From NCBI GenBank assembly GCA_947623825.1, contig CANQHQ010000002.1, forward strand, positions 10,124-74,123: a DNA stretch of 64,000 nucleotides. Direction: 5' to 3'. Shown one piece after another: positions 37,448-47,085 of the stretch. The DNA is from an uncultured Bacilli bacterium (GTDB lineage Bacteria; Bacillota_I; Bacilli_A; RF39; UBA660). Under the pieces are notes generated by a model. That model did no database searches, was not told where the DNA came from, and saw only the letters and a list, made by a program, of their open reading frames with translations. How positions within the stretch are numbered: position 1 is the first letter of the stretch; each line of letters begins with the position of its first letter. The translations under genes were made by a program, and so were the position numbers.

Positions 37448-38855
37448 GTATCAGATTACTGCTGGAACGGAAGTTCATTGTGAATTAAAAAGTAATACGA
37501 AAATGTTTTCTGATTCTTATAATCGTTTTGGAACATTAGCGAATACGAATATCAATGCGATTGATTTGGCCTATCCAGGAACGCTTCCTACGATTAATCG
37601 TTATGCCGTAGAACTTGCCTTGAAGGCTTGTTTGGCTTTCCATTGTACCATTCATAAAGAAATGTATTTTGATCGTAAAAATTATTTTTATCCAGATTTA
37701 CCAAAAGGATATCAAATTACCCAAGCGAGAACGCCAATTGGAGTCAATGGATACGTCGAAATTGAAGTGGGTGGGGTCAAAAAGAAAATTGGAATTCATG
37801 ATATTCATATCGAAGAAGACACTTGTAAAAGTACCCATTTTAAGAATCAAACTTATCTAGATTTTAATCGTTGTGGGGTTCCATTAATCGAGATTGTATC
37901 AGAACCAGATATGAAAAGCGATCAAGAAGTGATTTTGTATTTGGAAAAATTAAGAGAGATTCTCTTCTATACCAATGTATCGGATTGTAAGATTGAAGAA
38001 GGAAGTATGCGTTGTGATGTCAATGTATCCGTTTCGAAGACGGAGAAATTAGGAACGCGTACCGAAACGAAGAATTTAGGTTCGATTCATAGTTGTGGTG
38101 CCGTAGTTTTGGCAGAAGCCAAAAGACAGATTGAACTTTTGGAACAAGGAAAAGAAATTCATGAAGAAACGCGTCGTTATGATGAAAAAAAGAATGAAAC
38201 CGTGTTGATGCGTGTCAAAGAAACCGGAAATGATTATCGTTATTTTCCAGAACCAAATATTCCACCTTTGGTCCTAACGGATGCTTATATTGAAGAAGTG
38301 CGTTCCAAGATGGAACTTTTACCGGATGAGAGAAGACGTCTTTATTTGGAAAAAGGAGTTTCTCCTGTTCATGCCGATAAAATCATTCAAAATAAACCTC
38401 TCAGTGATTTCCTCATTGGTCTTGAGGATATCGATTTGGTAATCGCTAGTAATTTATTACTTGGAGATATTTCTTCTTATTTAAATAAAACAGAAAAGCA
38501 ACTTTCTGATACCAAGATTACACAGGAAAGATTTCGTGTTTTAGTGAATAAACTAGCTATGAAGGAAATTACAAACAAAGTATTTAAAGATATTTTGATT
38601 GATTTGATGGAGACCGATGCCGATATCGATGCGATTATCCAAGCAAAGGGAATTGAAACCATTAGTGATGAATCTTCTTTATTAGAAGTGATTCGTCAAG
38701 TAATTGCCGATCATTTTGAAAGCGTAGATGATTTTAAAGCCGGAAAAGATCGGGCAGTGAAGTTTCTCATGGGACAAATCATGAAAGAAACAAATGGAAA
38801 AGCGAATCCAAGTTTGGCGAACGAATTATTACTAAAAGAATTATCTCAACGATAA
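37440..38855 (+). CDS. gatB: Glutamyl-tRNA(Gln) amidotransferase subunit B.
   Basis: MSEYQITAGTEVHCELKS...GYQITQ....IHIEEDT are GatB motifs. Start overlaps the gatA stop. Confidence 0.9.
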   Translation: MSEYQITAGTEVHCELKSNTKMFSDSYNRFGTLANTNINAIDLAYPGTLPTINRYAVELALKACLAFHCTIHKEMYFDRKNYFYPDLPKGYQITQARTPIGVNGYVEIEVGGVKKKIGIHDIHIEEDTCKSTHFKNQTYLDFNRCGVPLIEIVSEPDMKSDQEVILYLEKLREILFYTNVSDCKIEEGSMRCDVNVSVSKTEKLGTRTETKNLGSIHSCGAVVLAEAKRQIELLEQGKEIHEETRRYDEKKNETVLMRVKETGNDYRYFPEPNIPPLVLTDAYIEEVRSKMELLPDERRRLYLEKGVSPVHADKIIQNKPLSDFLIGLEDIDLVIASNLLLGDISSYLNKTEKQLSDTKITQERFRVLVNKLAMKEITNKVFKDILIDLMETDADIDAIIQAKGIETISDESSLLEVIRQVIADHFESVDDFKAGKDRAVKFLMGQIMKETNGKANPSLANELLLKELSQR

Positions 38856-38905
38856 CTGATTGCGAAAGTAAAAAAGATATTGTATAATTTACTATATTAA
38901 AGGAG

Positions 38906-39388
38906 TTGGATGCTATGATGAAACTTGTGAAAAAATATAAATTTACTATCATTGCCGTCGTTCTATTTATTATTTTAATGTTTGGAGTTTATCAATTAAA
39001 AGAGTGGTTTTTCCCGAATGAAGGAAAAGCGATTTATGGAGAACGTTTGGTTGGAAAGGTAGAAGTTTCAGAAGAAACTTACCAACAAGTAAAAGAAACT
39101 TTGAATGCCAAAGAAAAGGTTCAAAGTGCAGAGGTTCGTGAGAATGGTCGATTAATTAATATCACGGTTATGGTTCAGAATGATACTTCTTTGGAAGAAG
39201 CAAAAGCTTTACCCTCTGGACTTTTAGACTTGTTTACGGATAGTCAAAAAGGATATTATGATTTTCAAATCTTTGTGAAAAAAGAAGATCCAGCAGAGAA
39301 TAATTTTCCAATCATAGGATATCGTCATCATAACAATACTGAATTTGTTTGGACAAAAGATCGTGAAAAAACAGATATCAGTAATTAG
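38906..39388 (+). CDS. Small membrane-anchored hypothetical protein.
   Basis: N-terminal TM (FTIIAVVLFIILMFGVY). RBS AGGAG. Confidence 0.5.
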   Translation: MDAMMKLVKKYKFTIIAVVLFIILMFGVYQLKEWFFPNEGKAIYGERLVGKVEVSEETYQQVKETLNAKEKVQSAEVRENGRLINITVMVQNDTSLEEAKALPSGLLDLFTDSQKGYYDFQIFVKKEDPAENNFPIIGYRHHNNTEFVWTKDREKTDISN

Positions 39389-39399
39389 GAGAGTAAAAA

Positions 39400-41433
39400 A
39401 TGAAGAAAAAAGTATTTATCATTGCACCTATAGCGATTGCGCTAGTGGTGTTTCTTGGAGTCTATTTCTTTTTCAATTATAAAGATGAAAAGACCAATTT
39501 AACGATTAGTGAAAAGCGATGGATTCAGGCTAATTTAGAGAAAAAATTTGATTTTGAGATTATCAATGATATTCCCGTCTATTCGATGGATGGTTCCGGA
39601 GTGATTTTTGATTTTGTCGGAAGTTTTGAAGTCGATACGGGACTCGAATTTAATAAAATTCCTTATTTAAAGAATGGACAACCTACGGGAACAGGACTTC
39701 GTTTTCGTCTATTGAATAACGATACCAAATTATCTAATAAGGATTTACTGATCTTTGAGGATGGATATGTTGCTGTTAGTAAGGAAGCGATTCGTTTTGA
39801 TGATGTTTCCGAAATTCATGATAAAACTATTGGAGTCTTTTCAGAGGATGTAGGGGAGCTCAGTTATTATTTAAAAAATGCATCAGGAGTAACTTATAAG
39901 ACTTTTGATGATATCGATACCATGATGGCTGATTTTGATGCAGATACAGTTCAAATGATTGTTGTTCCACAAATTTTATATCTTGATCAAACGATTCTTA
40001 GTGATACGTATCATGTGAATTATTATTTTACAGAGTTATCAAAAAAATTGGTTTTGACTTTGTCCGATAATAATGCAGAGTTGAATAATGTCGTTCGTAA
40101 GTACTATGAGAAATGGAAACAAGATAATTATGTCGTGAACTATAATCAAAAATATTTAGATTACTATGCTTCTAAAAATGGAATGACGGATAAGACGAAA
40201 GCAGACTTGGTTTCAAAATCTTACGTGTATGGTTACGTTGAAAATGCTCCTTTTGAAGTAAATGTTGGAGGTATTCCCAATGGAATCGCTAGTGAGTATG
40301 TGGCACGTATGGAACGTCTTACGAGAATCGATTTTACTTATGAAAAGTATGATTCTTTAGAGGATTTGAAAAAAGCCATCGATGCCCAAGAAGTAGATAT
40401 TTATTTCAACTATTTTGGATATGATACATCGAATTATCAAAGAACCAATTCTCCTTATATCGAAGAGTATGTAGTTCTTGGTGTTTCTGGAGAAGGCAAT
40501 GTGATTTCTACTTTTGAAAGTTTAAAGAATAAAGATGTTCGTATGATGAAGGACACCTTGTTAACGAAGTATTTTAGTGAAAATAGTAAAGCGAATATTA
40601 CGGTTGTTGGTACTGTGGATGATCTTACGAAAGATTCCGGATTAATCATTGTAGATAAAGAGGTATATACATATTATCGTAATAGTAAGTTTAAAAACTA
40701 TGAGGTTCTCTATACAGGAAAACAAAATAATGACTACGCTTTTATGGTAGCGAAGGAAGATGGAGAATTCTATCAGTTATTCGATTATATTATTACGACG
40801 AATTCTTATTATAATTATCGAACCAATGGGTTAAATGCGTTGAATTTGTCTTTGGTAGAACGTAGTAGCTTTGAAGAATTGTATTTTATTGCTTTAGGAC
40901 TTGTTTTACTTCCGATTCTAGTGATTCTTGCTTTCTTGATTTTCTTCCGTAAAAAGAAAAAAATTAATGAAGTAAAGAAAGAAGATCGTCGTAAGTATAC
41001 GGATATTTTAACTTCGTTGAAGAACCGTAATTATTTGAATTTAAATATGGAACTTTGGGAAGAGAGTAAGGTTTATCCGCAATCTGTGATTGTTGTCGAT
41101 TTGAATAATGTAAAATACGTCAATGATAATTATGGTCATGAAGCAGGAGATCAGTTGATTGTTTCGGCCGCTTCGATTCTTGTCAATACGCAACTTGAAA
41201 ATAGTGAAATCATTCGAACGGATGGAAATGAATTCTTGATTTACCTCGTTGGATATAGTGAGAAACAAATTGATACGTACTGTAAGAAATTGACAAAAGA
41301 AATGAAAGAATTACCTCATGGATTTGGGGCAGCGATTGGATACAGTATGATTGTCGATGATATTAAGACGATTGATGATGCGATTAATGAAGCTACTTTA
41401 GCGATGAGGACCGTGAAGGAAAAAGTAAAATAA
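39400..41433 (+). CDS. Membrane sensor protein with an extracytoplasmic solute-binding-like domain and a C-terminal degenerate GGDEF domain (RTDGNEF).
   Basis: N-terminal TM, a second TM at about aa 495-515, then VIVVDLNNVKYVNDNYGHEAGDQLI...RTDGNEFLIYL, which aligns to GGDEF with GG[DE]EF replaced by DGNEF. Confidence 0.65.
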   Translation: MKKKVFIIAPIAIALVVFLGVYFFFNYKDEKTNLTISEKRWIQANLEKKFDFEIINDIPVYSMDGSGVIFDFVGSFEVDTGLEFNKIPYLKNGQPTGTGLRFRLLNNDTKLSNKDLLIFEDGYVAVSKEAIRFDDVSEIHDKTIGVFSEDVGELSYYLKNASGVTYKTFDDIDTMMADFDADTVQMIVVPQILYLDQTILSDTYHVNYYFTELSKKLVLTLSDNNAELNNVVRKYYEKWKQDNYVVNYNQKYLDYYASKNGMTDKTKADLVSKSYVYGYVENAPFEVNVGGIPNGIASEYVARMERLTRIDFTYEKYDSLEDLKKAIDAQEVDIYFNYFGYDTSNYQRTNSPYIEEYVVLGVSGEGNVISTFESLKNKDVRMMKDTLLTKYFSENSKANITVVGTVDDLTKDSGLIIVDKEVYTYYRNSKFKNYEVLYTGKQNNDYAFMVAKEDGEFYQLFDYIITTNSYYNYRTNGLNALNLSLVERSSFEELYFIALGLVLLPILVILAFLIFFRKKKKINEVKKEDRRKYTDILTSLKNRNYLNLNMELWEESKVYPQSVIVVDLNNVKYVNDNYGHEAGDQLIVSAASILVNTQLENSEIIRTDGNEFLIYLVGYSEKQIDTYCKKLTKEMKELPHGFGAAIGYSMIVDDIKTIDDAINEATLAMRTVKEKVK

Positions 41434-41449
41434 TAGGAGAAAGAGATGA

Positions 41450-42274
41450 ATGAAAAAGAGATTCCAACGCTTTTTTCGTAAAGTATCAAAAACTATTAAA
41501 AAGCCAGAAATGCGAATTTTACCAGGACAACTGGCTTTTTTTCTTGTGCTTTCTGTCATTCCCTTATTGGCTTTGTTGGCTTCGATTGCTGGACAGTTTT
41601 CGATTTCCGTCGATTTTTTAATGGGAGTCATTGAAGAAAACATTCCTCATGAGGCGGCGACGGTGATTAACCAAGTTTTGGGTGGGAAAGATTTGAACTT
41701 GCATATGAGTATTTTCTATGTTTCCGCTTTTGTTTTGGCGTCGAATGGACCTCATTCGATGATTATCGCGTCGAATCTTTTGTATAAAATCAAGGATAAA
41801 GACTTTTTATCGAGAAGAATTAAGGCTTTACTAATGACAGTCATCTTGGTCGTTTTGCTTGTGTTTTTGTTTGCGGTTCCTGCCTATGGAGATATGATTC
41901 TTTCTCTTATTACGAGTTTTATTTCTTCGGAAACGATTTCTAGTAGTATTCATTTGATTTATTCTATTTTAAAATACCCAATCTCTTTATTTTTAATCTT
42001 TTTCTGTGTAAAACTCTTGTATACGATGGCACCGGATAAAACGATTCCTTCTAGTTCGACTACGTATGGGGCTATGTTTACGACAGTGAGTTGGATTTTA
42101 TCAACGGAAGTTTATTCATTCTATGTCGAACAATTCACGCGATATAATTTATTGTATGGAAGTATCGCTAATATCTTGATTTTCCTATTGTGGATTTATC
42201 TCTTATCGTATATTTTTGTTTTAGGAATGGCTTTTAATGCAAATACGGAGGGAGCGGAAGAGGTCGAAGAATAG
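41450..42274 (+). CDS. YihY/BrkB-family membrane protein.
   Basis: LPGQLAFFLVLSVIPLLALLASIAG N-terminal signature, about 6 TM helices, 274 aa. Confidence 0.65.
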   Translation: MKKRFQRFFRKVSKTIKKPEMRILPGQLAFFLVLSVIPLLALLASIAGQFSISVDFLMGVIEENIPHEAATVINQVLGGKDLNLHMSIFYVSAFVLASNGPHSMIIASNLLYKIKDKDFLSRRIKALLMTVILVVLLVFLFAVPAYGDMILSLITSFISSETISSSIHLIYSILKYPISLFLIFFCVKLLYTMAPDKTIPSSSTTYGAMFTTVSWILSTEVYSFYVEQFTRYNLLYGSIANILIFLLWIYLLSYIFVLGMAFNANTEGAEEVEE

Positions 42275-42432
42275 CGCTTTCTTTTGATGGAAGGCTTTTG
42301 AAAGAAGAAACTTTCTTTTTAGTTTCTTCTTTTTCTTTTGTCAATGTTACAAATTTGTCCTATTTTTGTTGATTATTTGCGTTGTTATTTCATTTTTATA
42401 GTGTTATAATGGTGGGAGAAAGGGTTGTGCTG

Positions 42433-44571
42433 ATGAAAAAAGTAAAGAAACAGTTCAAAAAGTTTTGGGAAAAAACAAAAAAAGTGGTGACGACTATCGT
42501 TTTAAATCCAAAGCGTTCTCTTATTTTTTTGATGAATAGTTTTGTGGAAATGATTAGTCAAAATGTATTATTTTTTGTATATTTAATTGTCAATTTGTTT
42601 GTGACAATCTTATTGAGGTATTTTACCATTCATACGTGGGAAAATGTTTTAAATATTCCTCCTATTTTGGCTGATTTAGCGATTATTACTTTATTGGGAT
42701 CTTTTTGCTTTTTCATGAAGCGGAAACACCAATTTGCTTATTTATTTACTGTAACGATGGTGTTGAGTACCATCTGTCTCATCAATTCTTTGTATTATAC
42801 TTTTTATACTTCTTATGTTTCGGTTTCCTTAATCAATACAGTTAAATATTTGTTTGATGTCAGTGATTCGGTAACGGAGAATGTTTTTCAAACAAAAGAT
42901 TTGTTATACTTTTTTGCGCCAGTTGCCTTGCTTTTGGTTCACTTACGTTTAAAGAAAAAAGCAATGATTGAACCGGAAAAGAGGGAACGACCAAAGGCAA
43001 TTGTGGCACTTTCTAGTGCGGGTGTTCTTGCGTTGGTTTTTGTTTCTTTGTTGGAACCTGTAGATTTTGGAAGACTTGCGAAACAATGGAATCGAGAATA
43101 CGTAGTCATGCAGTTTGGAATTTATACCTATCATGTCAATGACTTTATTAAGAGTTTGCAACCGAAATTTACGAGTATGTTCGGTTATGATAAAGCGATG
43201 AAATCTTTCCGGGAATATTTTCAAGATGTTCCTGATATTCAAACCGCAACCAATGAATATACGGGTATTTTTGAAGGAAAAAATATTATTGTCATTCATG
43301 CGGAAAGTATGCAGGCGATTAACTTAGATTTGAGTTTCAATGGAGAAGAGTTAACGCCTAACTTGAATCGTTTAAGAGAAAAATCGATCTATTTCAATAA
43401 TTTCTATACGCAAGTTAGTTCCGGAACTTCTAGTGATAGTGAATTTACTTTCAATACTTCATTGATGCCAACCAATATTGGAACTGCTTTCGTTAGTTAT
43501 TTCAATCGTGAATATGTATCGATTCCGAAATTGTTGAAACAAAAAGGATATTATACTTTTAGTATGCATGCCAACAATGGGGCTTTTTGGAATCGTAGTG
43601 TGATGCATAAATCTTTAGGATATGATAAATTCTATAGTAAATCCGATTATGATATTGATGAAATTATCGGGTTAGGATTGTCTGATAAATCTTTCTTCCG
43701 TCAATCTATTGAGAAAATCAAAGAGATTAACGAAAAAGGACAACCTTATTATGGAACGGTCATTATGCTTAGTAATCATACTCCTTTTGCGGATGTGGAT
43801 AAATATGGAGATTTTCCAGTCGATATCAAAGAGGATATGTTAGATGAGGAAGGAAATCCTGTTTTAGATGAAGAAACGGGAGAAGTAAAACAAGTAGTTT
43901 ATCCATATATGGAAGGAACATCTTTAGGAAATTATTTCAAATCAGTTCACTATGCGGATGAGGCCCTTGGTGAATTTATGGATGGGTTAGAAGAGGCAGG
44001 ACTTATGGATAATACGGTTCTTGTCCTTTATGGAGATCATGATGCGAGATTACCAAAGGCAGATTATCGAAGATTATTTAATTATGTTAAAGAAACGGAT
44101 AGTGTATTGCCAAAAGATGATCCAAATTATAAAAAAGTCGATTATTTCGAGTATGAATTATTAAGAAAAGTTCCTTTCTTAATCTACAGTAAAGAAACAG
44201 AAGAGAGTTTGCATACAGAAGTATCCAATGTGATGGGAATGTATGATGTTATGCCAACACTTGGAAATATGTTTGGTTTTTATAATAAATATCAATTAGG
44301 AAAAGATATTTTTAGTACGACAGATGATAATATTGTCGTATTCCCAAATGGAAACTGGATGACGAATAAGATTTATTATAATACGCAAAAAGGAACGTTC
44401 TTCCCATTGAAAGAAGAGGAAATTCCAGAAGGATATATTGAAGAATGTCAAGCATACTCAGAAAATTTATTAGAAGCGTCTAATTCATTGATTGTATATG
44501 ATTTAATCAAGAAAGAGAGGGAAATGATAGAGTCAGATTCTGATTATATCGAGGAAAAGGTAGAAGAATAA
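42433..44571 (+). CDS. ltaS: LTA synthase family protein: a polytopic N-domain plus an extracellular sulfatase-like domain.
   Basis: Five TM helices, then IIVIHAESMQA...NNFYTQVSSGTSSDSEFTFNTSLMP...FSMHANNG, typical of LtaS. Start taken at MKKVKKQ. Confidence 0.8.
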   Translation: MKKVKKQFKKFWEKTKKVVTTIVLNPKRSLIFLMNSFVEMISQNVLFFVYLIVNLFVTILLRYFTIHTWENVLNIPPILADLAIITLLGSFCFFMKRKHQFAYLFTVTMVLSTICLINSLYYTFYTSYVSVSLINTVKYLFDVSDSVTENVFQTKDLLYFFAPVALLLVHLRLKKKAMIEPEKRERPKAIVALSSAGVLALVFVSLLEPVDFGRLAKQWNREYVVMQFGIYTYHVNDFIKSLQPKFTSMFGYDKAMKSFREYFQDVPDIQTATNEYTGIFEGKNIIVIHAESMQAINLDLSFNGEELTPNLNRLREKSIYFNNFYTQVSSGTSSDSEFTFNTSLMPTNIGTAFVSYFNREYVSIPKLLKQKGYYTFSMHANNGAFWNRSVMHKSLGYDKFYSKSDYDIDEIIGLGLSDKSFFRQSIEKIKEINEKGQPYYGTVIMLSNHTPFADVDKYGDFPVDIKEDMLDEEGNPVLDEETGEVKQVVYPYMEGTSLGNYFKSVHYADEALGEFMDGLEEAGLMDNTVLVLYGDHDARLPKADYRRLFNYVKETDSVLPKDDPNYKKVDYFEYELLRKVPFLIYSKETEESLHTEVSNVMGMYDVMPTLGNMFGFYNKYQLGKDIFSTTDDNIVVFPNGNWMTNKIYYNTQKGTFFPLKEEEIPEGYIEECQAYSENLLEASNSLIVYDLIKKEREMIESDSDYIEEKVEE

Positions 44572-45215
44572 TGGAAAAGAAAACAAATACGAAACGGAAA
44601 AAGAAAAAGAATCGTAGTTTTGTAGTTTGGTTGATTGCCTTTTTAGTTGTTTTGGTTGTAGGAATTGGCTATTATTGTTATCGAGAGTTTTTCAGTCATG
44701 CGGGGCAGGCGGTAACGGTGGTATCGCAGATGGAAGACTATCCCTATTATTTAAATAGTAATGCGACAAGGATTTATAAAAAGTATTACAAAGAGTTAGA
44801 AAAAGAATTAGAGGATAAAAGAATCGATGAAAAGAATTATGTTTCTCTTCTTGCGAGGCTTTTCGCTATTGATTTTTATACTTTAAGTAATAAAGTTTCG
44901 AATCAAGATGTAGGGGGAGTTCAGTTTGTAGCGTCGAGTCTTGTCGATCGGTTTCGGGCAGAAGCTTCGGATGGATTTTATAAGTACATTGAGAATAATT
45001 TCAATGGAAAAAGAAAACAAGATCTTCCCGAAATCAAACAAGTAGATATTTCGGATGTAAAAATGACTTCCTATGAAAAAGGAGAATTCCAAGATTCTAG
45101 TGCTTATCAGGTTATGGTTTCTCTTACTTATGTAGAAGATTTGGATTATCCGGAAACCGTTACTTTGACGTTTGTTCATCAGAATTCTCTTCTTGTTTTG
45201 GTAAAAGTCGATTAA
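44571..45215 (+). CDS. Membrane-anchored hypothetical protein.
   Basis: ATG overlaps the ltaS stop. N-terminal TM FVVWLIAFLVVLVVGIGYY. Confidence 0.5.
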   Translation: MEKKTNTKRKKKKNRSFVVWLIAFLVVLVVGIGYYCYREFFSHAGQAVTVVSQMEDYPYYLNSNATRIYKKYYKELEKELEDKRIDEKNYVSLLARLFAIDFYTLSNKVSNQDVGGVQFVASSLVDRFRAEASDGFYKYIENNFNGKRKQDLPEIKQVDISDVKMTSYEKGEFQDSSAYQVMVSLTYVEDLDYPETVTLTFVHQNSLLVLVKVD

Positions 45216-45278
45216 ACTTTAAGAAGTATGTGGGGATTAGAATTTCTATTTTAATCCTTTTTTTATCCATTCTTTTTT

Positions 45279-45320
45279 ATTTAAATTTATCTATTCTTTA
45301 TTTAAATTTATCTATTCTTT
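45279..45320. repeat. Tandem direct repeat, two copies of ATTTAAATTTATCTATTCTTT.
   Basis: Directly visible in the convergent intergenic region. Confidence 0.7.
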
Positions 45321-45332
45321 TTTATTTAAAAA

Positions 45333-45362
45333 ATCCAGGAGTTTTGTTGTTCCTGGACTTTT
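45333..45362. terminator. Bidirectional rho-independent terminator between convergent genes.
   Basis: Stem TCCAGGA / TCCTGGA with a 10-nt loop, flanked by A-rich and T-rich runs. Confidence 0.55.
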
Positions 45363-45364
45363 CT

Positions 45365-46894
45365 TTATGGTTCGAAATGGAATGTTTTTATGTATTCTGG
45401 TTCTTTTAATTTCAAATTAATCTTCATTTCATCTGTTACTTCTTTTACACTTTTTTCATCTAAGACATAATTCCATAATTTCATTTTTAGATTATCGTAA
45501 TAGATCATTTTTCCTTGTCCTGATAGACTTAATTGTTTGATATTTAATACATTATCACTTTGGTAACTGTTGGAAGAAATAATTTGTTTAAAAATATTAT
45601 AGAAGGATAAAATTTCATCGGTTGTGAGATTGGTATCTAGGTTATTGGATACCGTATCTAGAAGATCTAGTAGAGTATTGACATCTCTTACCGAGGTTAA
45701 TTTTGTAATCATCGCCCGAACGATTGTCTGTTGATTGTAGCCTCTATCGATGTCTCCTCGTGCCAAATCATATCGATTTCTTGCGAAGACTAAGGCTTGT
45801 TCTCCATTTAATGTTTGCCATCCCTTTTCGATACAGATTTCTCCTTCTCGATTCGAATTATCCGTACAGAGTCTTTTTGGTACTTCGACATCGATTCCGT
45901 GAAGGGCTTCCACTAACCCTACGACTCCTTTAAAGTTAATTTTTACGTAGTAGTTAATGTCAATATCGAAAGCATTTTCAATCGAGTCCATCATACAGTC
46001 CGTTCCATACCATCCTGCTTGGGTTAGTTTCATTTTTTTATTCTTTTTACAAGCAATCGGTAGGTAACTATCTCTCGGAATCGACATCATCGTTGTATTG
46101 AGTGTTTCTGGATTAAAAGTAATTAAAATTAAAGCATCTCCATTGGCATAAGCGTTTTTCTTCAATCCTTCTTTTTCACTATCGACTCCCATTAAAAGAA
46201 CGGTAAATGGTTTTTCCACAGAACTGTTATGATCGACCGCCTCTACTTGATTTTTTTCCACTGTTTTATCTTTCGCAAAGATGACTTTGACTTCGGATTC
46301 TACATTTTCAAATCCTTCAGTGGTTTGAAACATTTCTTTATAATTACTGGAAATCAACATCGCATCAATTTTTTCATCATATAAATCCTGTAACATGACA
46401 TCGACATCTTCATATTCTACGAGTTCATTGTCTTTTTCTAAAGAATGTTCTTCGACTATTTCTCTCGCAATTACATAATTATCTATGGAGAGAGTATTAT
46501 TTAATATTCCAATTTTTAAAGCCGTCACGTCATCGATTGTTTCTATGGTACTACTTTTTTTGGTAATTAAACTAGAAGAGTAGACTGTCTTACTTTTGTT
46601 CATTGAATCAATAGAGGCGTAGGCTTCTCCAATAAAATTTGTGATACACAGATTGATTCCAATGAACGCAATCATTCCGAGGAGTGCCGTTACCTTTTTT
46701 AAACTTTTTTTGTAGTAAAAGAAAAGAAAATCGATTCCTAATAAAAGGAGGACTACCGTGAAGCGAATGAATGGTTCAATCGGTCCTAATTGACTGATTC
46801 TATAGATTAAAAATCCACTCGTGATAATCGAAAGCAGGATGAGTAGATTATTTAGTTTTAATTTGCATTTTTTCTTCTTTTTTGTTTTTTTCAT
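45365..46894 (-). CDS. LCP (LytR-CpsA-Psr) family cell-wall glycopolymer transferase.
   Basis: LCP domain LLMGVDSE...GDALILITFNP......MMSIPRDSY....INYYVKINFKGVVGLVEALHGIDV. Start taken at MKKTKKKKK (ATG at 46894). The ORF-track N-extension is rejected. Confidence 0.8.
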   Translation of the reverse strand: MKKTKKKKKCKLKLNNLLILLSIITSGFLIYRISQLGPIEPFIRFTVVLLLLGIDFLFFYYKKSLKKVTALLGMIAFIGINLCITNFIGEAYASIDSMNKSKTVYSSSLITKKSSTIETIDDVTALKIGILNNTLSIDNYVIAREIVEEHSLEKDNELVEYEDVDVMLQDLYDEKIDAMLISSNYKEMFQTTEGFENVESEVKVIFAKDKTVEKNQVEAVDHNSSVEKPFTVLLMGVDSEKEGLKKNAYANGDALILITFNPETLNTTMMSIPRDSYLPIACKKNKKMKLTQAGWYGTDCMMDSIENAFDIDINYYVKINFKGVVGLVEALHGIDVEVPKRLCTDNSNREGEICIEKGWQTLNGEQALVFARNRYDLARGDIDRGYNQQTIVRAMITKLTSVRDVNTLLDLLDTVSNNLDTNLTTDEILSFYNIFKQIISSNSYQSDNVLNIKQLSLSGQGKMIYYDNLKMKLWNYVLDEKSVKEVTDEMKINLKLKEPEYIKTFHFEP

Positions 46895-47085
46895 AGTACC
46901 ATCTCTAGATTTATTATATCCAAAAAAATTTTGAAAATGAAAAAAAGAGGGAAAAGAAATCTTAGTTGACATAAATTTGTTGGAAAGATTGTCAACTAGG
47001 AAGAAGAAAAAGCCGAAATTTGTAGTTTTATTTTTATATTTGATATAATATAATTGAAGAACTTTAGAAAGGGAGATGGTGAGAG

